This document shows, piece after piece, positions 29,227 through 35,847 of a stretch of 35,847 bases of DNA. How positions within the stretch are numbered: the stretch's first letter is position 1; each line of letters opens with the position of its first letter. The stretch is taken from contig JANBVJ010000001.1 in assembly GCA_024239055.1 (NCBI GenBank), forward strand, positions 259,277-295,123, in the 5' to 3' direction. Source of the stretch: Patescibacteria group bacterium (GTDB lineage Bacteria > Patescibacteriota > Minisyncoccia > Minisyncoccales > UBA10102). The notes beneath the pieces were generated by a model that saw only the letters and a list, made by a program, of their open reading frames with translations, ran no database searches and was not told the origin of the DNA. Position numbers and translations under genes: made by a program.

Positions 29227-29934
29227 TTACTTTTCTTTTTTCTCCTCTTTCTCGCTCTCCTCTTTCTCCCCAGAATCACCCTCTTCTTTTGCCTCCTCTT
29301 CGCTCTCAGTCTCCTCTTCCTTTTTCTCAGCTCCTTCAACTGAAGCTACATCTTCCTCAATTGGAACCTCAAGTTCTGCCTCTACATCTTCTGCGGGAAT
29401 AACCTGAGCTACTAGATCTTCAGGATCTCTTGAAATAGTAATATCATTTGAAACAACAATATCCTTAACCAGAATTCTATCCTCAAAGGTTTTCAATCCC
29501 TGCACAAGAACTACAATCTCATGGGGAAGATTCTGGGGGAGAGCAGTAACTGCAATCTCCTGAATATTTCTGAGTAGTGTTCCACCCAGTTCCTTAACTC
29601 CCGGGGCTTCACCCTCAAATACCAAGGGAACAGTAACCTCTATCTCCTTAGTAAGGTCTGGCTGATAAAAGTCAACATGCACAGGAATGCCTGACAAAGG
29701 ATCTTTCTGAACCTCATGAATCAGACTAGGAAACTCAGTTCCATCTAACTCAACACTTATCAAAGAGGACGCTCCGGCTTGCGCATAAACTTTATCAAAC
29801 TGCTTTTGCTCAACTGACAAAACCATAGGTTCAAGTTTTGGACCATATAATATGGCTGGTATAAAACCCTGCTTTCTTAAAACATTCAGCTTCTTTTTTA
29901 CTATATCCCGTTTTTGTACAGAAAGTGTTTCCAT
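29227..29934 (-). CDS. rplY: 50S ribosomal protein L25/CTC
   Basis: IPAILYG, HVDFY, CTC C-terminal domain, acidic tail. Confidence 0.96.
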   Translation of the reverse strand: METLSVQKRDIVKKKLNVLRKQGFIPAILYGPKLEPMVLSVEQKQFDKVYAQAGASSLISVELDGTEFPSLIHEVQKDPLSGIPVHVDFYQPDLTKEIEVTVPLVFEGEAPGVKELGGTLLRNIQEIAVTALPQNLPHEIVVLVQGLKTFEDRILVKDIVVSNDITISRDPEDLVAQVIPAEDVEAELEVPIEEDVASVEGAEKKEEETESEEEAKEEGDSGEKEESEKEEKKEK

Positions 29935-29971
29935 GACTCCTTATAATACTCAAATAAAAGAGAAAATCAAG

Positions 29972-30826
29972 TCAGAGAACGTTTGAGGCTGAAAATAGCT
30001 TCATTTTATCCCGCACTAAGTCTCCAACCGCTTCCCTTGGAGCTTTTAGATACTTATAAGGAGCTACTTCTTCTGGCATATTCTTGAGCGTACTTCGCAG
30101 TTTCTCGCCATAGGCTATTCTAAGTTCCGTAGAAATATGAATATTATTAAAACCAGATGCAATAACTCTTTTCATATCATCATCTGAAACTCCAGAACCT
30201 CCATGCAATACTAAAGAAACATTTAAAGCCTCAGCAAGTTGTTCTGCCAAATTAAGACGAAGGCGAGGAGTGTTTGCTGCAATTCCATGAATGGTCCCGA
30301 TTGCAGGAGAAAATCTATCAACTCCGGTCTCCTTCACAAATCGCACAGCTTCGGGTACTTTTGTATAACTCTCTTCTGGAATTGCGACCTCCTCACTGTA
30401 AATCTTAGATGAATCGGTAACAAGATACCCTAACTCGCCTTCCACCTGAACCTTTTTCTTTTTTGCATACTTTACTACCTCCTTTGTTCCAACAAGATTC
30501 TTTTCAAAAGACTCCTTGGAAAGATCAATATTTACAGAATCGTATCCAGCATCAATAGCTTCTTTTGCTAACTCAACTGAACGAAAATGATCTGCATTTA
30601 AGAATACCGCAATCCCCTGCTCTCTGTAGCTTTTTACTAAGGCTACAGCTTGCTGCATTCCCACAAATTTACTTTCGTTTTCAGAGGTCCCAACCAAAAC
30701 AGGACCCTTTACACTGTGAGCTGCCTCAACAATAGCGTTCAACTGCTCAAGAGTAGAAAAGTTAAAATGAGGAACCGCCCACTTTTCCTTTTGCGCCTTT
30801 GTAAAATAATCTTTTAGTGTTTCCAT
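29972..30826 (-). CDS. fba: class II fructose-bisphosphate aldolase family
   Basis: ADH, VEGELG, IGTIHG, LVLHGGSG. Confidence 0.9.
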   Translation of the reverse strand: METLKDYFTKAQKEKWAVPHFNFSTLEQLNAIVEAAHSVKGPVLVGTSENESKFVGMQQAVALVKSYREQGIAVFLNADHFRSVELAKEAIDAGYDSVNIDLSKESFEKNLVGTKEVVKYAKKKKVQVEGELGYLVTDSSKIYSEEVAIPEESYTKVPEAVRFVKETGVDRFSPAIGTIHGIAANTPRLRLNLAEQLAEALNVSLVLHGGSGVSDDDMKRVIASGFNNIHISTELRIAYGEKLRSTLKNMPEEVAPYKYLKAPREAVGDLVRDKMKLFSASNVL

Positions 30827-32817
30827 TAAATAATAAAGGCAATAATAAGTAAGGCTACAATATTAAGAACCTTAATCATAGGGTTAATAGCGGGTCCTGC
30901 TGTATCTTTAAAAGGGTCGCCAATAGTATCTCCGGTTACCGCTGCCATATGTGCGTCACTTCCCTTGCCTCCGTGCTCTCCATCCTCAATCAACTTCTTT
31001 GCATTATCCCATGCTCCCCCGCCTGAAGTCATAGAAAGCGCAAGGAAAATACCAACAATAATTCCACCAACCAGCAATCCTCCCAAGGCTTCAGGTCCCA
31101 AGATAAAGCCTACTGCAATGGGAAAGACAATCGGAAGTAAAGCAGGAAGTACCATCTCACGCAGAGAGGCCTTGGTAACAATATCCACTGCTTTTTCGTA
31201 ATCCGGCTTTGCCTTACCCTCACGAAGCCCTGGAATCTCACGGAACTGACGCCTTACTTCTTCAACAACGGCTTGTGCTGTCTTGCCCACAGAAGCCATT
31301 AAAAGAGAAACAAACAGATAACTCACTACTCCTCCTAAAAATAGTCCAATAATAACATTCGGGTCATCCAAGGCAAAGATAATTTCTCTGCCCGCTAACA
31401 CAGAAAGCTCTTCTTTAAATGCAGCAAAGAGTACCAGTGCCGCCAGGCCAGCTGAAGCTATGGCATATCCCTTGGTAACGGCTTTCGTGGTGTTTCCAGC
31501 TGAGTCCAGAGAATCTGTCACCTCTCTTGTCTTTTCAGGAAGCCCTGCCATCTCAGCAATTCCACCTGCATTATCAGCCACAGGGCCGAATGCGTCCACC
31601 GCAACCACGACACCAGCTAGAGATAACATGCCAACTACAGCTAAAGCAATGCCATAGATACCAGCTAACCAAAAGCTCAAGAAAATACCAGCTGCAATAA
31701 GAATAACGGGAGCCGCAGTTGCCTCAAATCCAACTCCAAGCCCTGCTATTACGTTTGTTGCGTGTCCGCCCAAAGAAGCCTTGGCAATCCGCTTTACAGG
31801 CCTAAACTCCTTTGATGTGTAATAATCGGTAATAGCAAACATACCAATCACCAAGACAAATCCAATTAAAACAGCTCCATACAGTTGAAAGAAAGAATAC
31901 TCCATACTATCTGAAAAAACCGTGTAGATTATGGGAAATAGCATAATAATAGCCAGAATCACTGAGATTATAACAGCGGCATATAAGCTCTTCATGACCT
32001 TGGTATACGGTACAAGACGGGAAAGGAATACGCCTAACATGGTAGCAATAATACCTACTCCTCCAGCAGCCAACGGAAAGAGTATGGCCGCCTCTACTCC
32101 GCGAAATAGCAGAGAGCCCAAAAGCATGGCTGAGAGGAAAGAGATAATATAGGTCTCAAAGAGGTCAGCTGCCATACCAGCGCAATCCCCTACATTATCT
32201 CCAACGTTATCTGCAATAACAGCGGGATTTCTTGGATCATCTTCTGGAATACCAGCCTCAACTTTACCTACTAGGTCAGCTCCCACATCAGCTGCTTTCG
32301 TAAAAATACCTCCTCCAATTCTTGCGAATATTGATACTAAACTTCCTCCAAATCCCAAACCTATAAGAGCCATAAAATCTCCTATAAAATAGTAAAAAAG
32401 GCTTAGCACCAAGAGAGCCAGTCCCGCAACCATAAAACCGGTTACGGCTCCCGAACGAAGCGCAACTCTAAAGGCTGAAACCTCAGAAGTTCCCGCAGCT
32501 TCCGCTGCAGCTCCATTGGCGTGTACTGAAACAATCATGCCAATATAACCCGCTGCGGCTGAGGCTATGGCCCCTACTAAAAATCCTGCGGCTACCTTCC
32601 AGGAGAACAAAAAAAATAAGGCAACGAATATGACTGCCGCCACAACAGCAATAGCACGATACTCACGAGCAAGATACGCCTTTGCTGAGGAACGAATAAA
32701 ACCCGTAATCTCACGGACCTTTTTATTTTTTACAGAACCCCTCTTAAATTCCAAAGCCCAGATAGAAGCTATAACAAGAGCTGAAAGAGCGGAGAGCGAA
32801 GAAAAAAGGATAATCAT
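30826..32817 (-). CDS. hppA: membrane pyrophosphatase, predicted K+-independent H+-PPase
   Basis: [36 protein letters not shown] (Lys at the K+ site). Confidence 0.96.
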   Translation of the reverse strand: MIILFSSLSALSALVIASIWALEFKRGSVKNKKVREITGFIRSSAKAYLAREYRAIAVVAAVIFVALFFLFSWKVAAGFLVGAIASAAAGYIGMIVSVHANGAAAEAAGTSEVSAFRVALRSGAVTGFMVAGLALLVLSLFYYFIGDFMALIGLGFGGSLVSIFARIGGGIFTKAADVGADLVGKVEAGIPEDDPRNPAVIADNVGDNVGDCAGMAADLFETYIISFLSAMLLGSLLFRGVEAAILFPLAAGGVGIIATMLGVFLSRLVPYTKVMKSLYAAVIISVILAIIMLFPIIYTVFSDSMEYSFFQLYGAVLIGFVLVIGMFAITDYYTSKEFRPVKRIAKASLGGHATNVIAGLGVGFEATAAPVILIAAGIFLSFWLAGIYGIALAVVGMLSLAGVVVAVDAFGPVADNAGGIAEMAGLPEKTREVTDSLDSAGNTTKAVTKGYAIASAGLAALVLFAAFKEELSVLAGREIIFALDDPNVIIGLFLGGVVSYLFVSLLMASVGKTAQAVVEEVRRQFREIPGLREGKAKPDYEKAVDIVTKASLREMVLPALLPIVFPIAVGFILGPEALGGLLVGGIIVGIFLALSMTSGGGAWDNAKKLIEDGEHGGKGSDAHMAAVTGDTIGDPFKDTAGPAINPMIKVLNIVALLIIAFII

Positions 32818-33833
32818 TATAATGTCTTAGCCACAGCTTCCAGGTGCGAAACAAGTGTTGCAACATACCCAGCCTCGTTATCATACCAAGAAAGTACTTT
32901 TACCAAATCTCCATCCACCACCCTTGTGAGATTCAAATCCACGATAGCCGCATAAGGCTCCCCAATAATATCTGCTGAGACTATGGGATCTTCTGTGACC
33001 TTGAGAATACCCTTCCATCTCTTTGAACTGGCGGCCTTACTTAAAATACTGTTTATTTCTTTCACTGATGTCTTTCTCTTTGAAATAAAGGTAACGTCTG
33101 CAATGGAACCCGACAACACAGGAACTCTCAGGGCAATACCGTCAAATTTACCTTCAAGTTCTGGAATAGCTCGGGCAACGGCTATGGCAGCTCCCGTGGA
33201 TGAAGGAACAATATTTTGAGCAGCTGCCCTTCCCCGCCTTACATCCTCTCCTTTAGACGAACCATCCACCAAATTCTGAGAGGCTGTATACCCATGAGAG
33301 GAATTCAGAATTGCCTTTAGCATGCCAGGATTCTTTCTCAAAATCTCAATAACCGGGGCTGCGGCATTTGTAGTACAGGAACCGTTTGAGGTAATAGTGG
33401 CCGAGTCAATCTCATTATCATTAACCCCAACGAGTATGGTCTTTGAATCCTTTGTATCTTCGTCTTTGGAGGGAGCCGTAATGACTACTCGTTTTGCTCC
33501 AGATGCCAGATGCACTTTTGCTGAACCATAGGAACGGAATGCGCCAGTTGCCTCAACAACCACATCCACCTTAAGTTTTCCCCATGGAAGCTTCACCGGA
33601 TCCTTTTCTGAAAATACCTTAATAGACTTTCCTCCAACGACAATGCTATCCTTTTTTATCTCAACCTTTTCAGAAAATCTGCCATAAACCGTATCATACT
33701 TTAAAAGGTACGCTAGTTGTTCAATATCCCCCAAGTCATTTATTGCTACAATTTCAAATCCGCCTTTCTCAACTACCTGCCGAAAGAAAAGACGTCCTAT
33801 TCTTCCAAAACCGTTAATTGCAATGCGTGTCAT
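32817..33833 (-). CDS. gap: type I glyceraldehyde-3-phosphate dehydrogenase
   Basis: [20 protein letters not shown]. Confidence 0.97.
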   Translation of the reverse strand: MTRIAINGFGRIGRLFFRQVVEKGGFEIVAINDLGDIEQLAYLLKYDTVYGRFSEKVEIKKDSIVVGGKSIKVFSEKDPVKLPWGKLKVDVVVEATGAFRSYGSAKVHLASGAKRVVITAPSKDEDTKDSKTILVGVNDNEIDSATITSNGSCTTNAAAPVIEILRKNPGMLKAILNSSHGYTASQNLVDGSSKGEDVRRGRAAAQNIVPSSTGAAIAVARAIPELEGKFDGIALRVPVLSGSIADVTFISKRKTSVKEINSILSKAASSKRWKGILKVTEDPIVSADIIGEPYAAIVDLNLTRVVDGDLVKVLSWYDNEAGYVATLVSHLEAVAKTL

Positions 33834-33869
33834 AGTATTTATTATACATTAAATAATTTACTTGCCAAA

Positions 33870-34580
33870 TCATACTTTTTTCACATATGAAGGTAATTTT
33901 GTCTGCGTAAATACTGTAATAACAACCAACAGACCAAAGACAATGGCAAAGGCATAGTCAGAAGAGCGAGGACCCAGAGCGAGCATCTGCTCTAATACAA
34001 AATCAGAGAAACTTCCTGCAAAGGCAAGAAACATAATAAATCCAAGTCCCAGTGCGCGAATCTTAATATGAGGCTCTAAAGCTGTTGATGACTGCTGAAA
34101 AAATATGTAGCCCATAGGCAAAAAGGTTAGGAAAAAGGCAACTGCCCTGGGAATTGAGACACCTAAAGGAATAGCCCACTGAACGGCCGAAGCAACCTCG
34201 TCAAAAATAGGTTCATAGGGTAGAAAAACTGCAAGCACAGTTGAAAGAATGGTAATGGCAAAGATTATCCCAAATCCAATCTTTGGAGAAATACTTTTTA
34301 TCTTTAAAAAAACAATCATATACCCCAAAAAAGACATGCCTAATCCTTGAAAAAAGGCAGCTGTAATTACAGCAAACTTAAGGGCGGAACTGCTCTCATA
34401 TAAAAACAGAGTAACAAAAGCAGTAATGGCCAAAAACACTGTGAAACAAGCACTGAAATAAAAGAACATACGTGAGGTCACGGTATTCTCAGCTTTAGCG
34501 TAAGAAAAGAACCTCCATGTTAATAGAATAAAAGAGATCAGTCCGGCAAGATATGCAATAGCGGTAATGGAAACTGGCAT
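33870..34580 (-). CDS. hypothetical ~7-TM membrane protein
   Basis: About seven hydrophobic segments, no soluble domain. Confidence 0.75.
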   Translation of the reverse strand: MPVSITAIAYLAGLISFILLTWRFFSYAKAENTVTSRMFFYFSACFTVFLAITAFVTLFLYESSSALKFAVITAAFFQGLGMSFLGYMIVFLKIKSISPKIGFGIIFAITILSTVLAVFLPYEPIFDEVASAVQWAIPLGVSIPRAVAFFLTFLPMGYIFFQQSSTALEPHIKIRALGLGFIMFLAFAGSFSDFVLEQMLALGPRSSDYAFAIVFGLLVVITVFTQTKLPSYVKKV

Positions 34581-34589
34581 CTAGTTTTT

Positions 34590-35441
34590 TTATAGAGAAT
34601 TACCTTCACTATACTTTGGATCTTTCTGTAAAAGATACAAGGTAGACCTAAGCCAATTTTCCTTATCCCCGCACTCAAGCCACTCTCCGTCCACCTCATA
34701 TCCATAGACAACTTTACCGTGATTCACCATATCAGAATATACTTCTGTAAGATTAACCTCCCCCTTCTGATCAGGCTTGGCCTTCTTTAAATAATCAAAG
34801 ACTTCTGCAGTAATAATCCTGCGTCCGACAATAGCAAGATTAGAGGGAGCTGAACCTGACTGGGGTTTTTCTACTATTCCTCTTATCTTTCCAAGGCGTC
34901 TGGCAATGGGTTCCTGGGAAACCACGCCATAAGAAGAAAGTTTCTCGTCTGGCAGACGGAATAGACCAAGCACGGGCTTTTCTGAGGTCTTAAAGACGTT
35001 TGCCAGCTGTTGAACGCATGGAATCTTGGAAATAACAACATCATCTGGATATACGACAAAACAAGGATCATCTTTAACAATCTTTCTTGCCTGAAGTACT
35101 GCGTGACCATCTCCCAAGGGCTTGTCATTTATATACGTAAAAGTAAGCCCCCGCATCAAGTCATCTATCTTCTTTAGTTCTTTTAAGGGTTCCGCCTGTT
35201 TTCTATCTTGTAGTAGTTTTTCTAAAGCAGGAGACTTTTTAAAGTACTCCAGAATATACTTTTTATTGGTGTTTACAATAAAAATGACGTCTGTAACTCC
35301 TGCTGCCTTAAGCTCCTCAATTGCATATTGTATGAGAGGTTTGTCTAGAAGAGGTACAAGCTCTTTTGGAAATGCCTTGGTTATAGGATAAAATCTCGCT
35401 CCTAAACCAGCTATTGGAATAATTGCCTTTGTAATAAGCAT
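34590..35441 (-). CDS. galU: UTP--glucose-1-phosphate uridylyltransferase
   Basis: KAIIPIAGLGARFYPITKAFPKE, PLGDGHAVL, VEKP. Confidence 0.9.
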   Translation of the reverse strand: MLITKAIIPIAGLGARFYPITKAFPKELVPLLDKPLIQYAIEELKAAGVTDVIFIVNTNKKYILEYFKKSPALEKLLQDRKQAEPLKELKKIDDLMRGLTFTYINDKPLGDGHAVLQARKIVKDDPCFVVYPDDVVISKIPCVQQLANVFKTSEKPVLGLFRLPDEKLSSYGVVSQEPIARRLGKIRGIVEKPQSGSAPSNLAIVGRRIITAEVFDYLKKAKPDQKGEVNLTEVYSDMVNHGKVVYGYEVDGEWLECGDKENWLRSTLYLLQKDPKYSEGNSL

Positions 35442-35443
35442 AC

Positions 35444-35847
35444 CTATCCTTGAGAGCGATTACGAAGAAATGAAGGGATATCCCACTTCTTCTCCTCCTC
35501 TTCTATATTCTTTAATTCCTCATCCACCTCTTTTTTTAAATCCAAAGCATTCTTTCTCACCATAACAGGAGATTGTTGAGGAGATGGCGCAGGTTTTGAT
35601 TTACGCGGCACCTTTTTCTTTAACTTTGCCGTTTTTTTTACTACCTTTTTTTTCTTTGGTTTTAAAGCAGGCTCGGGCTTTTCCTCCTTCTTCTCTTCTG
35701 GCTCCTTAATAATTTTCTTTCTTTTTGGTTTCTTCTTCTTTAAAGCTTCTTTTTCCTCTTTTTTATCATTACAACCTATAGCTAAAAGAGTTATACGGAG
35801 CTTATTCTTAAAGTCAGATCTAAATGAGATACCAAAGATAATACGCG
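35444..35847 (-). CDS. ftsZ: C-terminus of an FtsZ-like protein (partial)
   Basis: Manual translation: RIIFGISF..KLRITLLAIG, Lys/Pro-rich linker, then WDIPSFLRNRSQG* (FtsZ C-terminal core). Confidence 0.7.
   Translation of the reverse strand, partial: RIIFGISFRSDFKNKLRITLLAIGCNDKKEEKEALKKKKPKRKKIIKEPEEKKEEKPEPALKPKKKKVVKKTAKLKKKVPRKSKPAPSPQQSPVMVRKNALDLKKEVDEELKNIEEEEKKWDIPSFLRNRSQG

Noticed and set aside
29227-29340. Purine-rich low-complexity tract and 94-aa basic ORF (29055-29339)
   Set aside because: Explained by the acidic Glu/Lys tail of L25 read in another frame.

Overview
Chromosomal window from a Patescibacteria (CPR, probably Parcubacteria-like) genome. The assignment rests on the divergent 16S, the short EF-Ts, the rRNA intron and the gene set. 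Most genes lie on the minus strand. Housekeeping blocks (murF-like, serS, lysS, greA, pbp2/mreD/mreC; tsf, rpsB, rpmE, prfA, rplY, fba, hppA, gap, galU, ftsZ-like tail) flank a dismantled rRNA operon: 16S | tRNA-Ile, tRNA-Ala | ~8.5 kb of protein genes | 23S-5S. Each part appears to have its own promoter. Main observations: (1) an integron-like array of 0.8-1.25 kb gene cassettes anchored at the 3' end of tRNA-Ala. The cassettes are separated by a repeat made of a tRNA-end copy, a terminator, an extended -10 box, and a protein-conserved antisense peptide (VDxIGFxWNQIIxEL). No recombinase is present in the window. (2) Two unannotated structured RNAs with promoters and terminators beside the 5S gene. 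(3) A leaderless-uORF/antiterminator/terminator arrangement in the 23S leader. (4) A 16S lacking the anti-Shine-Dalgarno sequence, together with widespread leaderless starts. (5) A group I intron at L2500 and a helix-25 insertion in the 23S. All structures were paired by eye; no database searches or folding programs were run.
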